This document shows, piece after piece, positions 31,246 through 40,170 of a DNA stretch of 64,000 nt. The DNA comes from Dehalococcoidia bacterium. GTDB lineage: Bacteria; Chloroflexota; Dehalococcoidia; Lucifugimonadales; UBA3495. The translations under genes were made by a program, and so were the position numbers. The notes under the pieces are model-generated. The model was not told where the DNA came from, made no database searches, and saw only the letters and a program-made list of their open reading frames with translations. Position 1 is the stretch's first letter, and the number at the start of each line of letters is the position of its first letter. The stretch spans positions 2,729,504-2,793,503 of the forward strand of contig OZ241328.1 in NCBI GenBank assembly GCA_965199995.1. Direction: 5' to 3'.

Positions 31246-32355
31246 TTACGAGGCCCGGCGAGGGCGGCGATAGTGAGGAAGGGCCGTAACGGTAATTTCC
31301 TCTATGAGGCCCCGTTTGTCCAGTTCGAGGACGGTTCCGGGGTGCGAGTATTCTGGGAAAACGTAGCCCATCCCCAAGCTCGTGTCAAGCGTGGGCGAGT
31401 AACAGCCACTGGTAACCTGGCCCGCCGGGGTTCCCAAAACGGTGAGGGCGTAAGTGGCCCGGGGGGCCGACCGGCCCGGCATTTGCAACCCCACCAGCAT
31501 GAACTGCGCGCCATTCTCCTTCTGCCGCAACAGCGCGTCGCGCCCCGCGAAATCCTTGCCGAAATCCACAAACCGCTCCAGTTGCGCCTCAACGGGGGTG
31601 GTGGACTCATCCAGCTCGTGGCCGTGGAGAGGCAGTCCTGCCTCCATCCGCAGCACATCCCGCGCTCCCAACCCGCAGGGCACGGCCCCGGCACCGGTAA
31701 ACGCCTGCCAGATGGCCGGGGCCGCCAACGCCGGAGCCAGCACCTCAACGCCGTCCTCGCCGGTGTAGCCCGTGCGCCCCACCAGCACAGGCGCGCCGCA
31801 AAGCCGCGCTTCCGTCCACGCGAAAGGGCGCAGGTCCAGCAGCCCGTCCTCGCACAGTGCGGCAGCCATGCGCAACGCTGCGGGACCCTGGCAGGCCAGC
31901 AGCGTGGTCTGCACCGTCTGGTCGTCTATGCTCACGCCGCCGGGAAACCGCTGCCCGATGACCCGGCCAAACCAGTCCAGCACCCGGTGGCGGTTGCCGG
32001 CGTTGGGTATCAGCAGGTAGCGGTCTTCAGCAAGGCGGTAGAATATGGTATCGTCTATAACCCCGCCCCGCTCGTTGCAAATCATGCAGTAGCGGGCGCG
32101 CCCCACCGGCAGCGTCGCCGCCGACCCGGTAAGGGCCCAGTCAAGGAAATCGGTGGCCGATGGCCCCGATATATACGCTCGCCCCATGTGCGAAACGTCG
32201 AACAGTCCGGCGCCGGTGCGCACCGCCCGCACTTCGGCGATGATGCCCCCAGGATACTGCACCGGCATATCCCATCCGCCGAAAGGCACCATCCGGGCCC
32301 CGGCAGCAACATGGATGTCATATAAAGGGGTGCGCTGATTAGTAGAGTCCATCAT
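31246..32355 (-). CDS. gcvT: Aminomethyltransferase (glycine cleavage T protein)
   Basis: 369 aa. N-terminus TPLYD.H...GA.MV.FGGW.MPVQY. Motifs FDVSHMG and GYTGEDG.E are present. Confidence 0.93.
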   Translation of the reverse strand: MMDSTNQRTPLYDIHVAAGARMVPFGGWDMPVQYPGGIIAEVRAVRTGAGLFDVSHMGRAYISGPSATDFLDWALTGSAATLPVGRARYCMICNERGGVIDDTIFYRLAEDRYLLIPNAGNRHRVLDWFGRVIGQRFPGGVSIDDQTVQTTLLACQGPAALRMAAALCEDGLLDLRPFAWTEARLCGAPVLVGRTGYTGEDGVEVLAPALAAPAIWQAFTGAGAVPCGLGARDVLRMEAGLPLHGHELDESTTPVEAQLERFVDFGKDFAGRDALLRQKENGAQFMLVGLQMPGRSAPRATYALTVLGTPAGQVTSGCYSPTLDTSLGMGYVFPEYSHPGTVLELDKRGLIEEITVTALPHYRRPRRAS

Positions 32356-32900
32356 TCTTCCTCGGCTGCCAAGGGCGCATCGTAAACGCCGGGGCGGCGA
32401 GATTTATAGCGAGTCTATCATTATAAGATAATGATTAACATAGGATAATGATTAACCAGAATGATAATCAACCCTTCCTGCTGCCACAACTTTGGCGCGG
32501 CGGGCGGCAATAAAGGCCGCCGTAAAAATGCATTTCACGGGATGGACAAACTGTCAATTATTCGATTTCGTGTCGTTGTGAGTCCTCGGGTTAAGGTCTG
32601 ATGGCAATCCGGCAAGGTAGTTCCTCTGCGCGGCAACGATAAACTCGGGGCTTAGCATTACGTATCTTTTCCTTACGATACCGGCGGGCAACCAGTTTGG
32701 CAACTTTGGGGTGGCGGGCCGCATAAAGCGCGGGGAAGCTGATTTACTCCGTTGCCGTCGGCTTTTGGCTTCGCCGGCCTGCTGCAAAACGACGCGTTTC
32801 CGCTCAATCTGCCGCCGGAAAGAGTCCGGCAGACCTTTTCCGTTCTCAGACCTGACGCTTTTCCGCTAGAACACGCCGCCCAAAGGATGCCGGAGACGCC

Positions 32901-34085
32901 CTACCCGGAGGGCTCTAGCCGGAAGCGCCAAAAAGCTACCGCCAGGAACACTACGGCAAACACCGCCAGCGCCGCCATCTCCGGCCCCACGTCAGTGAAC
33001 TTCGCGCCGAACAGCATCAGCTTATTCAATCCGCCGTTAGCCCACCCATGGGGAGTGGCGCGGGCCAGGGCCTGCATGAACGGCGGCGTAATGAATAGCG
33101 GCCACCAGCTACCCCCGAGGGGCGCCAGCACCAGCGAGGTCAGCACACCGGCCGCCGATGCCGTCCGCACGTTGCCCACGAAGCTGGCCAGCATCACTCC
33201 AAAGGCCGCCGACGCAACCACCATCAGCAGCGACAGCAATACCACGGCTGCCGGCGACGCTCCCAGGTCAACGTTGAACGCCAGCGCCCCCACCCCCCAC
33301 ATCACCGTCACCTGCGCCGCGCCGATAACCAGACCGCCCAAGAACTTGCCCAATATCAGCGACTCCCGCCGCACGCCGTTGGTCATCAGCCGCTCCAGCG
33401 TGTGCGTCTGCCGCTCCCGGGCCAGCGCCTCCGCTCCCATGGCGGCAGTGAAAAAGACGAACATCGTCAGGTAGCCCGGCAGGACGAAATTAGAGGAGTT
33501 AAACGGCGCAATCTCCCCCACTTGCTCTACTCTCAGACCCATAGCCGAGGCGCTGGCGCCGGAAAACAGTTCCTCCATCGCCTCCGTCGAGTCCTGGGGT
33601 TTCCCCAGGGCAACGACCGCCGAGAGGGTGGCCTGGGCCTCCGCGAACCCGACGGCGATTTCCTGCGCGAAACCCCGGAGCGCAACTTCGTCTGCCGCGG
33701 GCGCGTCGCCCGACACCACCTCCAGTGTGGCCGTTCCCCCCGACAGGAAACGCTGGGTGAAGTCGGGCGGGAAGGACACAAAGCCATATAGCTCCCCTGC
33801 CTCCACGGCCGCTAGGGCATCATCATAATCCCGTACCATCGCCAGCCCGTTGGCGGCGGCCACGATGGCCTCCATAGCCTGAGCGCTGACTCCGGCTGTC
33901 TCTTGGGTGGCGACGGTAAACCGCAAGGTTTCGTTTTCCGGCGCCACGTCCCGCAGCGCCAGCGAAAACCCGATGACGAACACGAAGGGCAACAGGAAGG
34001 CGAAGGTCAGCGCGGCCCGATCCCGGAAAAGTATGCGTGTGTCCTTCCATGCCAGCAACAACGCCTGGCGGGGGGTGGCGCTCAT
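32901..34085 (-). CDS. ABC-2-type exporter permease
   Basis: 394 aa. One N-terminal TM, a large extracytoplasmic domain, then a C-terminal five-TM bundle. ERE.GTLE-type motif ERQTHTLERLM. Confidence 0.8.
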   Translation of the reverse strand: MSATPRQALLLAWKDTRILFRDRAALTFAFLLPFVFVIGFSLALRDVAPENETLRFTVATQETAGVSAQAMEAIVAAANGLAMVRDYDDALAAVEAGELYGFVSFPPDFTQRFLSGGTATLEVVSGDAPAADEVALRGFAQEIAVGFAEAQATLSAVVALGKPQDSTEAMEELFSGASASAMGLRVEQVGEIAPFNSSNFVLPGYLTMFVFFTAAMGAEALARERQTHTLERLMTNGVRRESLILGKFLGGLVIGAAQVTVMWGVGALAFNVDLGASPAAVVLLSLLMVVASAAFGVMLASFVGNVRTASAAGVLTSLVLAPLGGSWWPLFITPPFMQALARATPHGWANGGLNKLMLFGAKFTDVGPEMAALAVFAVVFLAVAFWRFRLEPSG

Positions 34086-34091
34086 AGGCGG

Positions 34092-35297
34092 CTAACGTCC
34101 CTCCGGAGTGATTCTGAACAGCAGGCGGGCCAAGGTCAGCCCCGAGACGGCGACGCCCGCCATTACCGCCATCTCCAGCCCCTGCCCACCCAAATGCTCG
34201 CCCTCGGCAATGATGCTCTGCATCGCCTCGATGGCGTAGGCGTTAATGGTGGCCCTGGAGATGCTCTCCATCAAGCTGCCTTCCGTTATCACGAAGAAAG
34301 TGCCGCTGAACACCACCATCAGCAGAGTGAAGAATACCGCCGCCCAGGCCGCTTGGTTGCGCGTGCGAGCCACCGCCCCAATGACCAGCGACACGCTGGT
34401 AAAGGCCGCAGCGGCCAACAGCGCGAAGGCTAGCAGCTCCGCGAAGGCCAGCGGCCCGGCGGGCCGGAACACGACAAAGGCCAGCGACAGCATCACCACC
34501 GTCTGGAACATCGCCCGGGCGACGCCGGATAGAAACTTGCCCACGAAAAGCTGGTTAACGCCCAGCCGCGTCGTCATCAGCCGCTCCAGGGTGCCGGTGC
34601 GCCGGTCCTCCACCAGCGCCTGCGCCGACAGCGTAACCGAGAACATAACGAACATCACAATCAGCCCCGGCAACAACCGAGAGAACAAGTTATCGCCCGA
34701 TTCCTCCGTCGGCTTCTCTCCGGGCCGCCGAACCTCCACGGCGACGGGCGGACTGGCCCGCAGCGCCTCCATCCGAATATCCACCTCGGCTTTTATCCGT
34801 TCCGAGGCGATGCCAGAGTCCGACAAGGCTTGCCGCGTAAAGTTGAGCACCCGCGCATCGGTGGCCATATCGCGGGCGATGCCCCGCACGATAGCGGCGA
34901 CAATCTGTCCGGTGTCCCCGCCGTTGCCTCGCTGGCGAAACACCAACGGGGCCGGGCTACCTGCGTCCATCGCCTCGCTGAACCCGTCGGGTATCACCAC
35001 CGCGAACAGTATGGCCGAGCGTTCCAGCGCGCCATCGGCATCGGCTTCCGTGCGTTCTTCCACATCCACTTCGGGCAGGGAGTCCAGCCGCGCCACCAGA
35101 TCTCGGGCGTGAACCCCGCCGTCCAAGTCAACCACACTGGCCGGGGTAAAGACCTCGCTCTCGCTGCTCAGCGCGCCATACATCAGCGCGAAAAGCAGGA
35201 TAGGCAGCGCAACGCTGAAGGCCAGCTCGGCCCGGTTGTTCAAGAACATCTTGAGTTCCAGCAGGGAGATGTAAAGCGGGCGCAACATAACAGGCAC
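34092..35297 (-). CDS. ABC-2-type exporter permease (paralog)
   Basis: 401 aa with the same topology. Motif DRRTGTLERLM. Confidence 0.8.
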   Translation of the reverse strand: MPVMLRPLYISLLELKMFLNNRAELAFSVALPILLFALMYGALSSESEVFTPASVVDLDGGVHARDLVARLDSLPEVDVEERTEADADGALERSAILFAVVIPDGFSEAMDAGSPAPLVFRQRGNGGDTGQIVAAIVRGIARDMATDARVLNFTRQALSDSGIASERIKAEVDIRMEALRASPPVAVEVRRPGEKPTEESGDNLFSRLLPGLIVMFVMFSVTLSAQALVEDRRTGTLERLMTTRLGVNQLFVGKFLSGVARAMFQTVVMLSLAFVVFRPAGPLAFAELLAFALLAAAAFTSVSLVIGAVARTRNQAAWAAVFFTLLMVVFSGTFFVITEGSLMESISRATINAYAIEAMQSIIAEGEHLGGQGLEMAVMAGVAVSGLTLARLLFRITPEGR

Positions 35298-35561
35298 TAA
35301 TGCGAGTCAGAGTCTAATCTTCCTCTCATCCCAATGGAGAGGGGGCCGGCGGGAACAGAAGAATTGCATATCAACGGCAAGGCCGTTGCCCGCCCCTCAT
35401 TCCCGCCCTCAGTTTTCCCGCGGGCAGGGTTCTTTTGCGGGAATAACGCAGAAGCAATAGGAAGAATCCAGACGCGATTGGCCTAGCGGCGGGGATGAAA
35501 ACCATTGCCGTTGCAGTCATTCCTAGTTCGGGGACGCCTAGCGCCATAGCGGGGTGGGCGC

Positions 35562-36317
35562 CTAGTCTCGCAAACTGCGCCCGGTGAGTTCGAGAAAGAC
35601 GGTTTCCAGCGTCACTTCCTCGGGGCTGCCTATTTCCCCTTTTAGTTCGTAGGGGCTACCTAAGCAAATCAGTTGGCCGTGGTCCATAATCGCCAGCCGA
35701 TTACAGAGCCGGTCCGCCTCCTCCATGTAATGAGTCGTATAAAGAACGGTCATGCCGTCGTCCCGCAGGCCCTCGACGGTTTCAAAGATGTGGCTGCGCG
35801 ACTGCGGGTCGATGCCCACCGTCGGCTCATCGAGGAAGAGCAACTGTGGGCGGCTCATCAGGGCCACGGCCAGATTGACCCGCCGCTTCATTCCGCCAGA
35901 GAACTTATCCACCTTGTCGCGGGCGCGTTCGGTCAGGCCCACGGATTCCAGGTGTCTCGCAGCCTCGCTTTTGGCCTCGCGCCCGCTTAAACCGGCCATT
36001 CTTCCGAAGAACACCAGGTTGTCGATGGCCGACAGCTCGGGGTACAGCGCCAATTCCTGCGGACATACCCCCACCAGCCGGCGCACCACGTCACTCTCTC
36101 GCCGGGCCGAATGTCCGCCGATAACAACGTCGCCCTCGTCTGGCGCCAACACCGTAGACAGCATTCGTATCGTCGTGGTCTTGCCCGCCCCGTTGGGCCC
36201 CAGCAATCCGAAAATCTCCTGTCGGCGGATATGGAAGGAAACGCCGTCCACCGCATGCAAACCGCCGAAGGACTTGCGCAGGTTGCTGGCTACCAGGAAA
36301 TCAGTAGACTCGGACAT
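35562..36317 (-). CDS. ABC transporter ATP-binding protein
   Basis: The ATG at 36317 gives MSESTDFLVASNLRKSFGG. Motifs GPNGAGKTT, FSGGMKRR and FLDEPT are present. The track's longer N-terminus overlaps the upstream gene and was rejected. Confidence 0.9.
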   Translation of the reverse strand: MSESTDFLVASNLRKSFGGLHAVDGVSFHIRRQEIFGLLGPNGAGKTTTIRMLSTVLAPDEGDVVIGGHSARRESDVVRRLVGVCPQELALYPELSAIDNLVFFGRMAGLSGREAKSEAARHLESVGLTERARDKVDKFSGGMKRRVNLAVALMSRPQLLFLDEPTVGIDPQSRSHIFETVEGLRDDGMTVLYTTHYMEEADRLCNRLAIMDHGQLICLGSPYELKGEIGSPEEVTLETVFLELTGRSLRD

Positions 36318-36385
36318 CGGCGATCTCTCAGAAGGCTTGAACCCATTGTACACGGTCTTGCAGTCATTGATTACGGGGGCCTTCT

Positions 36386-37591
36386 CTATCGCCGGAAGGT
36401 TGTCGTAAGCGGCGTAACCAGCGGCTCCCGCGGATCGTAACCTACCAGCTCCACAAAGCCCCAACCCGTCACGGGCTGACCCTCGCGCTGCCCAGACACC
36501 GCCACTGCGCCCTCCCAGTAGGACACGCCGAGAATATCGCTGGAGGACTCCGCCTGCCGTAAGTAAGGCGTCAGATCCAGTTCCAGGGCCAGCGACTCGA
36601 CTTCCACCCGCCAGTCCATAGGAAACTCGACGCCGGTCTCCGGGCTGACCCACTCGCTCTGTGCAGTAATTGAAACATCATCACCCTCGAGGTAGGTTAC
36701 AGCGCCGTCCGGCTCGACGTAGGTGCCGTGCCCGGATAGCCGCCGGCGTCCATCGGGGTCCCACACCACTGCCACCATCAAGTCCGCGCCGTCATCGAAC
36801 TGCACGCTGGCCCAGTCCCAGCCGATACGCCCGCTGATTATCTCGCCCCACTGGTGGTCCATCCAGCCGGGGCCGGTCACCGGACGCCGCCCCTGGGAGT
36901 CCTCAATCCACCCGGTGACGTGCAGGCGCGGGCGCGAGTAGTAGTAAGTAGAGCCGGCTTCGGGGCCCATATGCACCAGACCCGTTTCGCCGTGCAGCAC
37001 CGGCTCGCGCTGGGGGACGGCCACCAGTTCCAGCCTAACCTCGCCTTCAGCATCGTTGAAGTGAAAGCGCATATCATAGCCTTTGGCGCCCGCCTTCATC
37101 AGCCATCCCCCCGTTTCCACGTCCACGCCCCGGGCCTCGGGCTGCTCTGGGGACAACACTCCCGCCTCCGCCGCGTAATGAACCCCGCGCCCATGGTCGC
37201 CCAGCGTTGCCTGCAATAGGTGCAGCGTAACCCCGGACACGCCCTGCGCCTGGAAGGTGACATAGTGATACCCGTATTCGTTCCCCGAGTCATCCCGCAG
37301 CATCCCGTTGAAGTACCACCATTCGATGGGGGCGTCGTGGGGAGCCTCGTCCGCCGGGAGGAACACCAGCGGCTCGGGTTTCGGCGTTACCTCAGGCTGC
37401 GGTGTCGGCGTTGCTGTTGCTGTTGGCGGAGGCGACGGCGCAGCCTGGGTAGGAAGGGGCGTTGGTGTAGGAGGCTGAGCTGTCGGCTCCGCCCCGCATC
37501 CTACGGAGAGCGCGAGAAATGCCAGAGGGAGGAAGGCAACCAAGGAGGCAAGGGGCGCCATTCGCTGGACACCGGGTATGCAAGAGAGCAT
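36386..37591 (-). CDS. Lipoprotein with a CrtC/AttH-like (lipocalin-like) domain
   Basis: Lipobox LALSVGC followed by a Pro/Thr-rich linker. PADEAPHDAPIEWWYFNG...YHYVTFQ matches the AttH/hydroxyneurosporene-synthase-like N-terminal motif as I recall it. It is the first gene of the ABC-2 operon. Confidence 0.65.
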   Translation of the reverse strand: MLSCIPGVQRMAPLASLVAFLPLAFLALSVGCGAEPTAQPPTPTPLPTQAAPSPPPTATATPTPQPEVTPKPEPLVFLPADEAPHDAPIEWWYFNGMLRDDSGNEYGYHYVTFQAQGVSGVTLHLLQATLGDHGRGVHYAAEAGVLSPEQPEARGVDVETGGWLMKAGAKGYDMRFHFNDAEGEVRLELVAVPQREPVLHGETGLVHMGPEAGSTYYYSRPRLHVTGWIEDSQGRRPVTGPGWMDHQWGEIISGRIGWDWASVQFDDGADLMVAVVWDPDGRRRLSGHGTYVEPDGAVTYLEGDDVSITAQSEWVSPETGVEFPMDWRVEVESLALELDLTPYLRQAESSSDILGVSYWEGAVAVSGQREGQPVTGWGFVELVGYDPREPLVTPLTTTFRR

Positions 37592-37786
37592 CGGGAATTG
37601 GAACTCCCTAAAAGTTTCCTAGAATTCCAGCATGGGGCAACCGGGATGCGGCGTCAAGCGGGATTAACACCGGCGGCAACTTCTGACAGTAGGCCATTGA
37701 CGGGGCGCAACTTCAACTGTAATGTCAATAACACGAACTCCCCCGCTCGCGAACCGGCGTAGCGGTATCAGGCTGGTGCTACCGAA

Positions 37787-38440
37787 ATGAATACTCCCGC
37801 AAACTCGGACAGCGAACGCCTCGAGCGGATTGAGAGTCTCGTAGAGATACTCGTCACCGAAGTAGGGAAAATCGCGGTCGCCCAAGCAGAGATGAAAACC
37901 AGCATCTCCGCATTGCAACACGACATGGGCGTGATCCAGAACATGGCCGCGATGAAACACGACATGGCCGTGCTGCAAAGTGATATGGGTGTAATGCAGC
38001 ACGACATGGGCGTGATTAAAGGCTGGCAGACCGAGCTGGTGGTCGAGCGGCGCGCTAGATCCGTCTTCCGGCGGCTGTGCGGCGGCAATCTGCTCCGTAT
38101 CTACCCGGACATAGAACTGCATCACTACATCAGCAACAACAGGAATGCCGGAAACCTTACGAGGGACGAGTCCAGTCGCGTCAGCACGGCAGATTTCCTG
38201 CTAGAAGGCACCGACTCCGAGGGCATGGCAGTGATGTATGCTGTTGAGGTCTCCTACACCATGGGCATTGGCGATACCGACCGCGCCCTTGATAAAGCGG
38301 CCCTGTTGACCCGAGCGTTGGGGCGGGATGTCCGGCCCGCGGTATTAGGCGAGTCTGCCATAGCCCAGTTCGAAGCCGACGCCGCGCGCCGCAGTGTTTC
38401 ATATGCTTACATCGGAAACGGACGCGGCATAACCCGTTAA
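37787..38440 (+). CDS. Coiled-coil protein with short Met/His-rich repeats and a C-terminal PD-(D/E)xK-like domain
   Basis: 217 aa. Repeats LQHDMGVIQ / MKHDMAVLQ / SDMGVMQ / HDMGVIKG. The C-terminal ADFLLEG-x8-YAVEVSYT...DRALDKAALL...PAV is colinear with the C-terminus of the 54684..55994 protein. Confidence 0.55.
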   Translation: MNTPANSDSERLERIESLVEILVTEVGKIAVAQAEMKTSISALQHDMGVIQNMAAMKHDMAVLQSDMGVMQHDMGVIKGWQTELVVERRARSVFRRLCGGNLLRIYPDIELHHYISNNRNAGNLTRDESSRVSTADFLLEGTDSEGMAVMYAVEVSYTMGIGDTDRALDKAALLTRALGRDVRPAVLGESAIAQFEADAARRSVSYAYIGNGRGITR

Positions 38441-38532
38441 ACCACCCTGCCCACGCCGGGCAGAGAGCCAGATCCCGTAAAGCCCGCCCGATGACGCCCC
38501 GGCCATGAACCTCAGACCGAAGGACAGACATT

Positions 38533-38952
38533 ATGGCTAACCTTACTGTCGAAGAGATTAACGCATTTCTGTCCCAGCCCCGGACGGCCCAGCTAGTTAC
38601 TCTACGGGCATCGGGAACTCCCCACGTCGCTCCGGTGTGGTTTCTGTGGGACAACGGGCAAGCACTAGTGATGGCTGATTCCGGCGCAATCAAGGTACGC
38701 AACATACGGCGCAACCCCGCCGTCGCCCTCTGTGTTTGCACCCCCGGCCATCCCTACGAATTCGTGACTCTGGAAGGCCGGGCCAACGTCTCTTCCGGTG
38801 GCCTGGACGATATGGTTCGCCGGACCTGCATCCTCTACGAAGGCCCCGAGCGCGGCGCGGAATTTGCCGGCCAATTGCTGAGCGACGAGCGGCTGGCGCT
38901 GATAACCATCTCCGTAGACCGCTTCATCTCATGGAAAGAAGACGACGAGTAA
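38533..38952 (+). CDS. Pyridoxamine 5'-phosphate oxidase-fold (PPOX/F420-class) protein
   Basis: 139 aa. Pattern L....TAQL.T....G.PHV.PVWF.WD.......D....K..N...NP.V. Confidence 0.78.
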   Translation: MANLTVEEINAFLSQPRTAQLVTLRASGTPHVAPVWFLWDNGQALVMADSGAIKVRNIRRNPAVALCVCTPGHPYEFVTLEGRANVSSGGLDDMVRRTCILYEGPERGAEFAGQLLSDERLALITISVDRFISWKEDDE

Positions 38953-38994
38953 TCTACGCTTCGACCACGCCCGCCAGGTTCACTCCCCCGACGG

Positions 38995-39687
38995 CTACGG
39001 CGAGGGCGCCCTCTGCGGCGGCAACACGTTGTTCATCCAAGCTACCAGGTCGCGTATTACCTCTCCGCTTATCTCGTGTCCCATGTCGTAGACATGGAAC
39101 TCCGGGGAGTATCCGGCCTTTTCCAGGTAGTCTTTCGCGGCATAGGCGGTGGACGAGGCAATCATCTGGTCATAGCGGCCATGGGCCACGAATATGGGCT
39201 GTGTGCGCTCGGCAGGCAAGCGGCTATCCAGTTCCTCAGCCCCAGGCAGCGTTGCACTCAGCACCGCCAGCCCGGCGAAGGTGTCCGCCCGGCCTAGCCC
39301 GCAACGGTAAGTCATTCCGCCTCCTTGCGAGAAGCCCAGCAACAGACAGTTGCCCGGCTCCACCTTGAACCTGGTCAATGCCTGCTCGAAGAAACCTGCC
39401 AGCAGCGCCTCCGAGTTGGCGATTTCCTCCGGCGTTGAGCCTCCGCGGGGCGTCATCCAGCCGAAACCGGCGTGTCCCAAACCCAGGTTGAAGGGGATAG
39501 GCGCGTTGGGGCAGGCATACACATAGCCGGTGGGGTTGATGGCCGGCGCCAGGTTCGCCAAGTCGTGCATATTCGCCCCAAAGCCGTGAAGCATTATCAC
39601 CAGCGGATAAGAAGCCTCCGGGTCGTAGTCATCGGGAAGAACCGTTAGATACGTCAGCCCCGGCCCTTCGTGAATTTCGCCTTTCAT
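38995..39687 (-). CDS. Alpha/beta hydrolase, phospholipase/carboxylesterase family
   Basis: 230 aa. LVIMLHGFGAN. Nucleophile elbow GFSQGG. C-terminal H in MGHEI. Confidence 0.85.
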   Translation of the reverse strand: MKGEIHEGPGLTYLTVLPDDYDPEASYPLVIMLHGFGANMHDLANLAPAINPTGYVYACPNAPIPFNLGLGHAGFGWMTPRGGSTPEEIANSEALLAGFFEQALTRFKVEPGNCLLLGFSQGGGMTYRCGLGRADTFAGLAVLSATLPGAEELDSRLPAERTQPIFVAHGRYDQMIASSTAYAAKDYLEKAGYSPEFHVYDMGHEISGEVIRDLVAWMNNVLPPQRAPSP

Positions 39688-39743
39688 CCCACCCCTCTAC
39701 CGTTGAGTTTGCCGCCCCATGGTAACACGAAGCCGGACAAAGA

Positions 39744-40112
39744 GTGGTGTACAATCCCGTAAACTCCATTCGGAGCATAGACTTGACCGTCATATATCAT
39801 CTGACCACTCCCGAAGCCTGGGGCGCCGCGCAGTCCGTCGGCGAGTATGCAGCCTCTAGTCTGACCGATGAAGGATTCATCCACTGCTCGGCAGACGAGG
39901 CGCAGACCCTCCGCGTCGCCGACCGCCTCTATCCCGGCGTATCCGGTCTGCAAGTCCTCGATGTGGACGTTGCCCGGCTCAATTCCGAAGTGAAACGGGA
40001 AGCCAGCCGCTCGGGCGAGATTTACCCCCACATCTACGGCAGGATAAATATCGACGCCGTCGTCCGCATCCGCGACCTGACGCTGGCCTCCGATGGCCGC
40101 CACCGGCTGTAA
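39744..40112 (+). CDS. DUF952 protein
   Basis: IYHLT....W......G.Y...SL..EGFIHCS...Q.......Y....L..L.....L......E......G..YPH.YG.I. An in-frame TTG at 39783 would give the usual short N-terminus. Confidence 0.75.
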   Translation: MVYNPVNSIRSIDLTVIYHLTTPEAWGAAQSVGEYAASSLTDEGFIHCSADEAQTLRVADRLYPGVSGLQVLDVDVARLNSEVKREASRSGEIYPHIYGRINIDAVVRIRDLTLASDGRHRL

Positions 40113-40170
40113 CCGCCTCCGTTCTTCCATTTTCGCGGGGGAATAGGGGTCGACGGCAAAGGCAGGAAAA

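Noticed and set aside
32356-32560. A glycine riboswitch upstream of gcvT.
   Set aside because: I could not find the conserved aptamer cores on the coding strand. Only a computational cmscan could settle this, so no feature is reported.
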